From Verrucomicrobiota bacterium (lineage in GTDB: Bacteria; Verrucomicrobiota; Verrucomicrobiia; Limisphaerales; UBA11358): 64,000 bases of DNA. The translations under genes were made by a program, and so were the position numbers. The stretch is taken from contig JAGWMQ010000003.1 in the NCBI GenBank assembly GCA_028873125.1, forward strand, positions 15,295 to 79,294. Direction: 5' to 3'. Position 1 is the first letter of the stretch. The number at the start of each line of letters is the position of its first letter. This document shows, piece after piece, positions 29,924-39,053 of this stretch. The notes beneath the pieces are model-generated. The model made no database searches and was not told where the DNA came from. It saw only the letters and a program-made list of their open reading frames with translations.

Positions 29924-32900
29924 TCATTGCACCGGCACGCGCAGCCCGATGCGCAACACGACCGGTCCCAGCAGGCCGGACTCGACCAGCTTGGAGTCGC
30001 GCGTGTAGTGCCGCCAGGTGGTGAAGGTCAACCGTTGCGGCACCGGCCGTGGTTTGTCCTCCACGAGCCAGTCGGGCCAGCGCTTGAGGTGATCGTCCTC
30101 CCATTGGCAGTCCTCCGGATATTGCTCGTCGCCGATCAGCCGGTTGATCCAGGTGTTGGTCACGCGGACCTTGAGCACGTTTCGCCCCGGTTGGAGGAAA
30201 CGGGTCACGTCGGCGGCAAAGGGAGGTTTCCACCAGACGCCCAAGTCGTGCCCGTTGACGATGACTTGAGCAAGGTCTTTCACCCGGCCCAAGTCCAGGT
30301 TCAACACCCGGTCCCGCCCCAGTTCGTCCGCGCTCAGGTCAAACTCCGTTTCATATTCTGCGGTGCCGGAAAAGTAGCGCACGCCCCGGTCTGAGGCATC
30401 GCTCCACGAAATCAGGTTCGTGAAGGTGACCCGCGGCGGCGCGCCCCAGTGCGGCGGAAAGCGCAGCGTCCAAGGCCCGGTAATCTTGACCGGCACGGGC
30501 ACGTCAGCCACGACACGGTCGAACACGTGTCCCTGGGCGGTCTTAAACGTGTAGGTCCCCGGCTGGAAGGCCTTCAACATCAAACGGCGATGATCTTCAA
30601 CCAGTGTTGCAACGGGCGGAGGCGCCGCTTCGCCGCGGCCTGCCAGTTCCAGCGTGTCATCCTCACCGGCGGTCCGGGTCAACGGTTTGCCGTTGAATGT
30701 GTACTCCACGCGCAGGCGCTTGCGGTGCTGGGGCGCCGGATCGCCGAAGGCGTCGTTGCTGGCGGGGATCTCCGTCTCGCCGTCCGCCACCATCGCCGCC
30801 ACCTGAGTGGTCACGTCTTTTTCGCCGGTGCCATCAATGGCCTCATAGACTGCCTTTTGGACCTCGATCTCTGGTCCCGGCTCGCGGGCTGTCGCCGGCC
30901 ACGTCGCCGCGACCAGGTGGTCCGCGGACCCGGCCGGGTTGCGGAACACCACAAAAACCGAACCCGCCGGATCGAAATGGATGGGCACGGCGATGCGGCC
31001 GTCTTGTTCCGACCACACGGGCGCCGGGCTGATGGCCCCGGTGTCTGGATGCCACAATTCGGGTTGGCGACCGCCAATCCGGAACTTGCAGGTCACGTCC
31101 TCAGAAACCGGCCGTTGGTTGGCTACAAAGTAAAGGTCGGTGGTTCCCGCCCGGCGATGGATCCAGGCCATCTTCGGCTTGCCGCCGCTGGCGGCGAACA
31201 TGCAGTCCGGCGTCTCGCCCAAGGCCGCCAGCGCCTCCGGAACGGACTCGCCCCAAATCACACGCCCGCGGCCGAAGCGGTGTTCCTTGACCTTCTGCCC
31301 GTCGCAATCGCCCCAGACTTTGTCCGCCAGCCGCCGGACGGTGGCGTCGCAGCGGGGATAGTCCGTCAGACTCGGCGACTGGACGGGCTTGGGGCCGATG
31401 ACCGTGGCACCTTGCGCGATCAACTTGCGCAGCCGGGTGAGCACGCGGGGCGTCATGAACGGCGTGTCCGGGAGGACCAGCACGCGATAATGCATGCCAT
31501 CCGGCAGCACCAGTTGGCGGTGGTGGACGGTCATGTCGTGCAGCAGGACATCGGTGTCACAGGCGTCATAATCGTAACCTTCGGTCTTCAGTTCGGGATG
31601 ATGCGGCGCCTCGTTCGGGGCCACTTCGCCGGCGTAATAACAGACGTCCGCCACGAAGCGGCCCTGCTGCAGGAGATACTGGCAGCGTGTCAGGTAACGA
31701 ATCCAGGCGGCGCCCGGCTTCCACCAGGTGATGGTGCGATCCAACTCCGTGCCATAAGGTCCCATGGTCATACCCGGATACTTGTCCATCCACGGCTGCA
31801 TGGCGTAGCGGTGGAAGGTGAAGCGGTTGATGCCCGCGGCATACTCCAGGTCGCCCAGCGCCTTGAGACTGTAGGGATAAGCCTTCCAGCCCGCCTGATC
31901 CGGCCCCGCCGTGAATGATTCCGCCCCGATGATCGGCCGGTTGTAGATGTGACCGACCGAGGCGGCCAGCTTGCAGGAACCGCTTTCGCCGCGGCTGCCG
32001 ACCCAAAACTCCCCCATCGGAACGTCCGCCGCCCTGCCCGCCTCGAGACATTCGTAGGGGCCGTCGTAAGGCTCAATATGCGAGATCAACCCGTGGCGCT
32101 GACACAATTCGCGAAAATACCCGTAGTAGTTCTGCGCAAACAGGTCGGCTACGGTCCGGCGCATGTCCCACAGAAACCGTTCCGACGCCGCGTCGCTTTC
32201 AACAACGCGGCCGCTCAAAACCGGCAGCCACGGCAACGGGTCGTAGCCCCGGCGCTTCTCGAAGTCCCGGCGGAACCGCGGCGTCCAGTTCTGGGCGCCC
32301 ACTTCGTAGCTGTCAATCAGCGAACTGCGGAGGGTTTTGCCGGCGAGCGGACCGATTTCGTCGAGAATTTTCTGCATGAAGCCCGCCCAATACTCGTCGA
32401 GCGCCTGGCGGCTGAGTTTGTCGCACTCCAGTCCCTCGCCTTCCTTGGGCGCGGGATGATTTTTCGTGCCAATCGGGGTGTAACCGAGCCGCAGAATGGT
32501 CCAGTTTCCACCGGGCACATCCCACGTGAGCCGCCCGCCCTTTTTCATCCGGGCGCTCAAATTCACGATCCGGTCGCGCGGGATGATCGCCTTGGTCGGA
32601 AAGGACGTAATGTCCGGCTGCTGGCCGTAGCGCCAATCATAATCAGCCTTGACCTTGATGTCGCGAATGCGTCGCTGGTCCGGCGGGGTGGGAAAGGCCA
32701 GGACCTCGATGTCACGATAATACCCCAGTCGGGTCTCCGGCTGTTTGAGCGTGTCGTCGAAGCGGACCGGTCCCCGGACATGGGTCGTGCTGGACACGAC
32801 CATCTGCATGGCATAAGGCGGAGTCACCCAGGGTCCGCCGCTGCTGGACCAGCCGGCGCAGTTTTCCACGCAAAGTTTGAGTCCGAGCCGGTGGGCCTCC

Positions 32901-33310
32901 TGCACGGCGAACTTGAAGTCTTCCTGCCATTTTGGACTCATAAACGACACCGTGCCCGGCGGAACGCCTACATCCACGTTGATAATCGTCGCGCCACCCT
33001 CGCCAAATTGCTTCATCGCCTTGAGGTCGGCGGCGATGCCCCGCCGCGTGATGTTGCCATTGATCCAATGCCACCAGGTCAACGGCCTGGCCGATTCGGG
33101 CGGATGCCGGAAACCGGCGGCCAAGTCCGCCTGGGCTGGAGCATGGGTCGCCGTCGCGGGGGGCGTCCGGAGCGCCTCTTGGGCCTGAACAACCGGACTC
33201 GGCAGCCACACCAACCAAGCGAGCAACGCCAGACATGGAAGTGCAGCGTGGTGGACGCGGCCGGGATGTCCGGATGACGAATTAAGTTTCGAGAGACCGT
33301 TTCTTTTCAT
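29924..33310 (-). CDS. Large secreted glycoside hydrolase, GH106-like (alpha-L-rhamnosidase family)
   Basis: Signal peptide. The N-terminal WWHWINGNITRRGIAADLKAMKQFGEGG block is characteristic, from memory, of GH106 and related hydrolases. 1128 aa. Substrate unknown. Confidence 0.55.
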   Translation of the reverse strand: MKRNGLSKLNSSSGHPGRVHHAALPCLALLAWLVWLPSPVVQAQEALRTPPATATHAPAQADLAAGFRHPPESARPLTWWHWINGNITRRGIAADLKAMKQFGEGGATIINVDVGVPPGTVSFMSPKWQEDFKFAVQEAHRLGLKLCVENCAGWSSSGGPWVTPPYAMQMVVSSTTHVRGPVRFDDTLKQPETRLGYYRDIEVLAFPTPPDQRRIRDIKVKADYDWRYGQQPDITSFPTKAIIPRDRIVNLSARMKKGGRLTWDVPGGNWTILRLGYTPIGTKNHPAPKEGEGLECDKLSRQALDEYWAGFMQKILDEIGPLAGKTLRSSLIDSYEVGAQNWTPRFRRDFEKRRGYDPLPWLPVLSGRVVESDAASERFLWDMRRTVADLFAQNYYGYFRELCQRHGLISHIEPYDGPYECLEAGRAADVPMGEFWVGSRGESGSCKLAASVGHIYNRPIIGAESFTAGPDQAGWKAYPYSLKALGDLEYAAGINRFTFHRYAMQPWMDKYPGMTMGPYGTELDRTITWWKPGAAWIRYLTRCQYLLQQGRFVADVCYYAGEVAPNEAPHHPELKTEGYDYDACDTDVLLHDMTVHHRQLVLPDGMHYRVLVLPDTPFMTPRVLTRLRKLIAQGATVIGPKPVQSPSLTDYPRCDATVRRLADKVWGDCDGQKVKEHRFGRGRVIWGESVPEALAALGETPDCMFAASGGKPKMAWIHRRAGTTDLYFVANQRPVSEDVTCKFRIGGRQPELWHPDTGAISPAPVWSEQDGRIAVPIHFDPAGSVFVVFRNPAGSADHLVAATWPATAREPGPEIEVQKAVYEAIDGTGEKDVTTQVAAMVADGETEIPASNDAFGDPAPQHRKRLRVEYTFNGKPLTRTAGEDDTLELAGRGEAAPPPVATLVEDHRRLMLKAFQPGTYTFKTAQGHVFDRVVADVPVPVKITGPWTLRFPPHWGAPPRVTFTNLISWSDASDRGVRYFSGTAEYETEFDLSADELGRDRVLNLDLGRVKDLAQVIVNGHDLGVWWKPPFAADVTRFLQPGRNVLKVRVTNTWINRLIGDEQYPEDCQWEDDHLKRWPDWLVEDKPRPVPQRLTFTTWRHYTRDSKLVESGLLGPVVLRIGLRVPVQ

Positions 33311-33547
33311 CGTGCGCCTCCGCAGGGACCAGGTGGATGCAGTTGTCTGTCGCCTTCGCGACCGTCGCGGCGCACTTTAACGATCTTCTTCAGAAAGTCC
33401 AACCGCAAAACTGCTCCGGCGGCCACAGAATCACTTGATCCCGCCTCTCGGGAAGATACCGGATTGCAACCCGGCAATCCTTGTCCTCATCGTGGCGAAC
33501 CCCAGGTCCAAGCCGCCGGGCAATGTCCGTCCCGCCGCTCCGCCGGT

Positions 33548-35182
33548 TCACGCGGCGATCTTCATGTGGGTGATGCGAAAGCGGGCGCCTTTCGGATCGT
33601 TGGCCAGGCATTCGATTTCCCAGCCGTGGGCCAGGACGATTTGCTGCACCACGGCCAGCCCCAGTCCGGTCCCCTTTTGCTGGGTGGTGAAATAAGGTTT
33701 GAAAATTTCCTGGCGCCGTTCGGGCGGCACCCCCGGCCCGTCGTCGCGGACTTCCAGCGCCGCACCGGCGGCGCCGACCCGTTGCGTCAAAATCTGGATC
33801 CGGCCGTTTTGATCCACGGCTTGAATGGCGTTCAGCGCCAGGTTGAAGAGCGCCTGACGGAGCAGTTGTTCGTCCGCTTCCACGGTGACCGGTTCGCCCG
33901 CGACCTCCAGGCGGACCTTTTTCTCCTCGATGTCGTGCCCGAGCGTGCGGGCGATCTCCTGGGCGGCGGCGTTGAGCGACACGGCGGCGCGGCGGACCTC
34001 CCGCGGACGCGAGTAGTTGATGAATTCGTTGAGCTGGGCCGTCACCTTGTCGGCCTGGTCCACGATGGCGCGGGACCTGTCGCGAATCTCAGCCGGCGCG
34101 CCCGGCTCCTTGGACAGCATCTGGGCCATGCCGCGGATGATGTTGAGCGGGTTGCGGGTCTCGTGCGCCAGGCCGGCGGCCGCCAGGTTCATTTCCTTGA
34201 GGTGCGAATTCAGTTCGCTGGCGCGGACCAGGCGGATCTGGAGTTCCGACGTTTTGGAAACGTTGCGCCAGGCCAGGCCGATGCCGACGACGGCCAGGCT
34301 GGCGAAAAGGGTCACGACGCAGCGCAGCCAGAAATCATAAACGCAAACGGCCCGATAGTTGTCGGTGGACATGGTCATCACCAGGCCGCGCAGTTCCCGC
34401 TTCTTGACCAGGGCTTCGTACTGGCTTTCGTTCATCCAGCGCAGCCAGGGCGGGCGGCGGCGGCCAAAACCATGCGGGGGCTCGGGCACCGCGACTTCCG
34501 GAGGCGGCGGTCCGGGCGGACGCGGGCCTCTGTCAACGAAATGATTGCCGGGTTCGCCGCGCCGCATTTCGTTGGTCACCACGCGCCCGTCGGCGTTGGT
34601 GGCGCGGATGAGGACGTTGGAGGCCTCGGCGCCGCCGTGGCGGAACCTGAATTCGGGGCGTGGAAACTCCGGATGCTCTCCGCGGATGTTCGGGGAGAGA
34701 TCGCGCAAAGAGGGCAGGACGACCGTGGCGTTGGTCTCGCCGCTCGGCGTCACACTCACCCCCTCGATCACGTTGACAAAGGTGACGCTGTTGCTGCCCC
34801 AATGTTCGCCCGCCTGGAGGATGTCCTTTTGTTTGAAATCCACCGGGTGCCCGGCGGCCACCACCGGTTCGCCGGCGGTGTTGAGCAGGACGATGGACAG
34901 CAGTTCGCTGGGCCGGAGCAGTTCGTTGGTGCGCGCGTTGACCAGCTCGTTGAGCACCGGCTCGAGGCGGTCCTGCAGCACCGTGTCGCGGAAGCGCATG
35001 GCGCGGATGACGGCACTCAGGGTGTTGGCAATCTCCTGGGAACGGTTGCGCAGATCGGTCTTGGCCGCCCGTTCAATGCGGAAATGCTCCTCGACCTGCC
35101 AGCCGACGACGAGCAGCCAGACCCCCAACAGGAGTCCGTAAATCAATCGGTGGCGGCGGGCAGGTTCCATGGGTGATGTCAA
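33548..35182 (-). CDS. Sensor histidine kinase (NtrB/PilS-like core)
   Basis: Two TM segments around a periplasmic domain; HisKA LAHETRNPLNIIRG; HATPase NLALNAIQA, DDGPGV, GTGLGLAVV. Confidence 0.9.
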   Translation of the reverse strand: MTSPMEPARRHRLIYGLLLGVWLLVVGWQVEEHFRIERAAKTDLRNRSQEIANTLSAVIRAMRFRDTVLQDRLEPVLNELVNARTNELLRPSELLSIVLLNTAGEPVVAAGHPVDFKQKDILQAGEHWGSNSVTFVNVIEGVSVTPSGETNATVVLPSLRDLSPNIRGEHPEFPRPEFRFRHGGAEASNVLIRATNADGRVVTNEMRRGEPGNHFVDRGPRPPGPPPPEVAVPEPPHGFGRRRPPWLRWMNESQYEALVKKRELRGLVMTMSTDNYRAVCVYDFWLRCVVTLFASLAVVGIGLAWRNVSKTSELQIRLVRASELNSHLKEMNLAAAGLAHETRNPLNIIRGMAQMLSKEPGAPAEIRDRSRAIVDQADKVTAQLNEFINYSRPREVRRAAVSLNAAAQEIARTLGHDIEEKKVRLEVAGEPVTVEADEQLLRQALFNLALNAIQAVDQNGRIQILTQRVGAAGAALEVRDDGPGVPPERRQEIFKPYFTTQQKGTGLGLAVVQQIVLAHGWEIECLANDPKGARFRITHMKIAA

Positions 35183-35268
35183 AGGCTACTGTTCGGTTGC
35201 CCGGCCGGCAATGGCATTCCCCCGGTCCGACTTTGGAAATTCCCGGGCCATTCGGACGGGATCATTTT

Positions 35269-36456
35269 TCACGGGGTTTGCTTGACGGGCACGTGTTCCA
35301 GGAACTGGTTCAGCTCCTGCTCCGAGAATGAATTGGTCACCATGGGACTCTGACGGCTGACGGAGCCGGTGAGCGCGGCCAGTTGCGCGGGCGCCTGCGC
35401 CACGTGCGGCGTCACGAAAATGAGCAACTCCGATTTGGAATCGCTCTTGGTGCTGGACTTGAAAAGGTTCCCCAGCAGCGGGATGTCGCCCAGGATCGGA
35501 ATTTTGCTGGCGTTGGAAGTCTTGTTGTTGGCCATCAAGCCGCCGATGACGACGGTCTGGCCGTCGGGTGTGACCACCACCGTGTCGGCGGAACGAACGT
35601 CCAGATAAGGCGCCGACACCCCGGTGGCGATCGTCTGCGACAAGGTGGCGTCCACCGAGGTGATCTGCGGTTGCAGGATCATCTCCACCAGATGGTCCTG
35701 GCCGATGTAGGGCGTCACGTTCAGGATGATTCCCACGTCGGTGTAGGCCACGTTGATGATGGGAATGGTCGAGCCGCCGGAGGTGTAGTAGGTCACGCCA
35801 TTGACCAGCGGCACGTCCTGACCAACGACGATCTGTGCCGGCTGGCCGTCGCGCGCCAGAACGGAGGGACGGGAGAGGATCTGCACCTTGCCGGCCTGGG
35901 CGATGGCGCGCAGCGTGGCCTGAAAATCGCTGCCCAGCACCTGGTAAAGCCCGCCCGCTCCCTGGCCCGCCGACAGGGTGGGAAAGGCCGAGGCCTGGCC
36001 GAGCACGTTGAAGTTGGTGGCCAAGGCGTTCAATCCGGACAGGCCGAAGATGTTGGCCACGTTGCCGGTCGTCGAATTGCCCAGGCCCTTGGTCCAGCCG
36101 CCCTCGATGCCGATGTCCGAGGAATTGTTGTGCTGGACCTCCAGAAAGACGCAGTTGAGCAGCACCTGCGGTTTGGGCATGTCCAGATTGTAAAGGATGT
36201 TGCTGATCTGCTGCGCCGTTTGCGAGTCGGTGACGACGACGATGTTGTGCGTGTCCGGGTCCACCGAAATCGTCGCGTTGCCCACCGTGCCGTTGTTGTT
36301 GTAGTTGCCGGTGCCGGTGCCCGCGGCGTTGTTGAACGCGCCAAACGGGCGGAAGGGAAAGCCGCGCACCTGGGCGTCAAGCCGCGCCCCGGCGCAGGCG
36401 AGCAGGATCAAGGCGGCGCCCAGGAGCGGTTTCCAGGAGGAATTGGTTGTTTTCAT
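35269..36456 (-). CDS. gspD: Secretin, C-terminal pore half (own signal peptide)
   Basis: Signal peptide MKTTNSSWKPLLGAALILLACAGA. Secretin domain: QVLLNCVFLEVQ, VLARDGQPAQIVVGQDVP, IPILGDIPLLGNLFK, ELLIFVTPHV. Confidence 0.85.
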   Translation of the reverse strand: MKTTNSSWKPLLGAALILLACAGARLDAQVRGFPFRPFGAFNNAAGTGTGNYNNNGTVGNATISVDPDTHNIVVVTDSQTAQQISNILYNLDMPKPQVLLNCVFLEVQHNNSSDIGIEGGWTKGLGNSTTGNVANIFGLSGLNALATNFNVLGQASAFPTLSAGQGAGGLYQVLGSDFQATLRAIAQAGKVQILSRPSVLARDGQPAQIVVGQDVPLVNGVTYYTSGGSTIPIINVAYTDVGIILNVTPYIGQDHLVEMILQPQITSVDATLSQTIATGVSAPYLDVRSADTVVVTPDGQTVVIGGLMANNKTSNASKIPILGDIPLLGNLFKSSTKSDSKSELLIFVTPHVAQAPAQLAALTGSVSRQSPMVTNSFSEQELNQFLEHVPVKQTP

Positions 36457-36496
36457 GATGTGCCTTTTGTTGTCTGGTGATGGAATAAAATCCGGG

Positions 36497-37765
36497 TCAA
36501 AATGTCCGGCCCGCGCCGGTCCGTCCCCGCGTATTTGATCCGCCGAAGCCGGTGGTGGAAGTGCCGCTGCCGATGGTCGTGGCGTTTTGGACCTCCCGCT
36601 CCTGCAACGCGCTGTTCTGCGTGGAGGAAGCCGCGCCGCCGCGGCCGGTGGTCGTGCCGGTGCTCGGGAACAGGTTTTGCAGCACCTGCAGGGCCTGTTG
36701 CGGGTCGCCGTTGTTCAGATGAAACACAAAGGTCTTCTGGTCCCGCCCCGAGGGCACGTCCAGTTGTTCAATCATCCCGCTGATTTGTTCCATCAAATCC
36801 TTGGACGCCGTCACGATGACCGATTGCGTGCGCGGGTCGGCCACGGCCACGACCTGCGTCTGTTTTTGAACGGCGGGATTTTGGGCGCCGGTGGCCGCCT
36901 GCGCGGCCGCCATGCGCGCCAGAAATCCGCCCGGACCGCCGAAGCGGAAGGGCAGTTGCGGCTGATTGCCGCCGGTGGTGGCGCTCGGAAAAATCTGGCC
37001 CAATTCGTTGGCGATGTCGTTCGGGTTGGCGTATCTCAGCGCAAAGACGCGAATCTCCGTTTCGCCCTGGGAGCTGTTGTCAATCGCCTCAATGATCTGG
37101 GCCAGATGCCGGATGTTGGACTGGGTGTCGGTGATGACGATCGAATTGGCCGATTGGTTGGCCACGATCGTCGCCTGCGGCGAAACGAACGGCGACAAGT
37201 CGGTGGCCAGTTGCTTGGCGTCCACGTAATGGACCGGAATGATCTGCGTGACCATTTCGTCGTTCTTGGGAATCTGGCTGGGATTGCTCCCGATTTTGAC
37301 CGGGATGTCGTGGCTCTTCGCATCGCTCTTGCTCATGATGATCAGAGTCCGGCCGTCGCGAATCGCGGCGTAGCCGTTCTTGTTCAGCACCGAGTTGAGC
37401 AAATCCACCGCCTCGTCCCTCGTCACCGGCCTGTCGCTCCACACGTCCACCGTCCCATGCACCGGCGTCTCGAGCACGATGATGAACCCGGCGGCATCGC
37501 TGAGGTAATTCAGCACCATGTCCAGCGGCACCCCGCGAAAGTTCAAACGCAAGGCGTCAGGATTGCCTCCGGCCGGGGCGGCGGGCGAAGGCGCGTTGGT
37601 CGGGGCCGCCGCGACGGTTGCCGGCGCGGCCGGCGGCGGCTGGACCGGCCCATTGGTCGCGGCCACGACCGCCGGCGGCGGCGCAACGCCGTTCGTTTGC
37701 GCGAAGACGGTCCCGACGGCCAAAACCGCCGCGAACAATATGGTCAAGGTCGTTTTCATAATCAT
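36497..37765 (-). CDS. gspD: Secretin N-terminal half (N0/N1-N3-like ring domains only, own signal peptide)
   Basis: Signal peptide MIMKTTLTILFAAVLAVGTVFA. LNFRGVPLDMVLNYLSDAAGF (N0); IRVFALRYANPNDIANEL; VVAVADPRTQSVIVTASKDLMEQISGMIEQLD. Ends in a Gly/Thr-rich tail with no secretin domain. Confidence 0.8.
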   Translation of the reverse strand: MIMKTTLTILFAAVLAVGTVFAQTNGVAPPPAVVAATNGPVQPPPAAPATVAAAPTNAPSPAAPAGGNPDALRLNFRGVPLDMVLNYLSDAAGFIIVLETPVHGTVDVWSDRPVTRDEAVDLLNSVLNKNGYAAIRDGRTLIIMSKSDAKSHDIPVKIGSNPSQIPKNDEMVTQIIPVHYVDAKQLATDLSPFVSPQATIVANQSANSIVITDTQSNIRHLAQIIEAIDNSSQGETEIRVFALRYANPNDIANELGQIFPSATTGGNQPQLPFRFGGPGGFLARMAAAQAATGAQNPAVQKQTQVVAVADPRTQSVIVTASKDLMEQISGMIEQLDVPSGRDQKTFVFHLNNGDPQQALQVLQNLFPSTGTTTGRGGAASSTQNSALQEREVQNATTIGSGTSTTGFGGSNTRGRTGAGRTF

Positions 37766-38523
37766 GGTCCCGATTGCTTTTCCTGTTGCTGGCGCAACCG
37801 CATCAGCCGCTCCAGCACGTCGTTGGGCGCGCCGGAAGTTTCCGGCGTGTTGGTGGCCATCTCCGCGTCCTCCGTCGCTTCGGGCGGCGGCGCGAGGCCA
37901 TCCATCTCTCCGTTCTCCAAGCCCTCGGGCGGCGCGGCAAGATTGCCGCCCGCCACGGCCGCCGTCGGAATATTCCGGCCACCGGCGCGGTTTGAGCGGC
38001 GGACAGTTCCTCCGCCCGATTGGGCGGGGCCGGGAGTCTCCGAGTAGGCCGCCGGTTCCGTGGAAAGCACCCATTGGCCGCTGTCGTCACGCCGCAGTTG
38101 CGCCGACACCTTCAATACCAGGCGGTTGGTGCCGTCCAGCAACGTGGCGCAATCCGGCGCGATGGCGGCAACCTTGAATCCGGCGATTTCCCCGCCCGCC
38201 TGCAACACCTTGCGAAATTCCGGGCTGCTGCCGTTGAAAAAGGCGAAGTTGCCCTTGGCGTAACTCATCGTGCCCACCAGCGAAAAGGAATCCACCACCC
38301 GTGGCGCGCGCGCGGCCAGATGCGGCCGGCGGTTCTGATTGAAAATGTTCCGCTGGCGGATGATTTGGAACGCGGCAAAATCCGTCGCATTGGTCGTCTG
38401 CGCCGCCGTCGGAAACGCCGCCCACCACGCCGCGGCCAAGACCAGAAAGAACCCTCCGGTTCCGCCTGTCCGTCCCCGAGGAATTCGGGCCGGGAGTTTC
38501 AGTTGGGCTTTTTTCAAAATCAT
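37762..38523 (-). CDS. GspC/PilP-like secretin-interacting inner-membrane protein
   Basis: N-terminal TM FFLVLAAAWWAAF. HR-like beta domain: FSLVGTMSYAKGNFAFFNG...GGEIAGFKVAAIAPDCATLL. ATGA overlaps on both sides. Confidence 0.5.
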   Translation of the reverse strand: MILKKAQLKLPARIPRGRTGGTGGFFLVLAAAWWAAFPTAAQTTNATDFAAFQIIRQRNIFNQNRRPHLAARAPRVVDSFSLVGTMSYAKGNFAFFNGSSPEFRKVLQAGGEIAGFKVAAIAPDCATLLDGTNRLVLKVSAQLRRDDSGQWVLSTEPAAYSETPGPAQSGGGTVRRSNRAGGRNIPTAAVAGGNLAAPPEGLENGEMDGLAPPPEATEDAEMATNTPETSGAPNDVLERLMRLRQQQEKQSGP

Positions 38524-39053
38524 GGCGCGGCGGATTTGAGGGCCAGACGGCTGACTTGCAGGTCCAGCGTAAATTGTTGTCCGGTGCCGTCGTGGGCGTT
38601 GAGGTCCAGGGTGTCGAGCTTCAGCGCCATCGGGTCCTTCTCGATGTCGTATAGAAAGCGGCTCACCGCGCCGAGGTCGCCGGAGGCTTCCACCCGGCAG
38701 GCCAGGGTCATGTAATTGGTCGCCTCCGTGTTCCATTGCGGCGTGATGCCGGTGACGCTCACGCCGCTGTCGCGCGACCAGCGGTCGAAGGCGCCGAGCA
38801 CCTGTTGTTCGGCCAGGGAGGTATTGGCCGGAAGCGTGTTGGTGCGCATGGAGTCCCAATGACTGCGCAAGCCGGCTTCGCGTTGCAGCAACAGCGCCCC
38901 ATCATGCACCTGCCGCCGCAGTTCGGCGATCTGCGCCTGGCGCGTCTTCCACCAGCCGGCCAGCGGCTCGAAGACCAGCCGGTCGGCGAAGAAGAGGGCG
39001 ATGACCGAGAGGGTCACTGCAATCAGAAGTTTTTCGCGGTTGTTAATTTTCAT
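38520..39053 (-). CDS. GspM/PilO-like assembly protein
   Basis: TM LLIAVTLSVIALFF, then a coiled coil and a ferredoxin-like periplasmic domain. Sits after the GspL-like gene. Confidence 0.5.
   Translation of the reverse strand: MKINNREKLLIAVTLSVIALFFADRLVFEPLAGWWKTRQAQIAELRRQVHDGALLLQREAGLRSHWDSMRTNTLPANTSLAEQQVLGAFDRWSRDSGVSVTGITPQWNTEATNYMTLACRVEASGDLGAVSRFLYDIEKDPMALKLDTLDLNAHDGTGQQFTLDLQVSRLALKSAAP

Noticed and set aside
33461-33480. The hairpin ggattgc-aacccg-gcaatcc downstream of the sensor kinase, considered as a terminator.
   Set aside because: The stem is short with no U-tract on the relevant strand. It could be chance in GC-rich DNA.
36457-36496. The possibility that the two secretin ORFs are a simple frameshift or nonsense pseudogene.
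   Set aside because: Not adopted as the primary call. The downstream ORF begins with a plausible signal peptide and is preceded by an RBS-like aaaagg in an AT-richer spacer. It still cannot be excluded without read data or orthologues, so it is kept as the refutation test for that finding.
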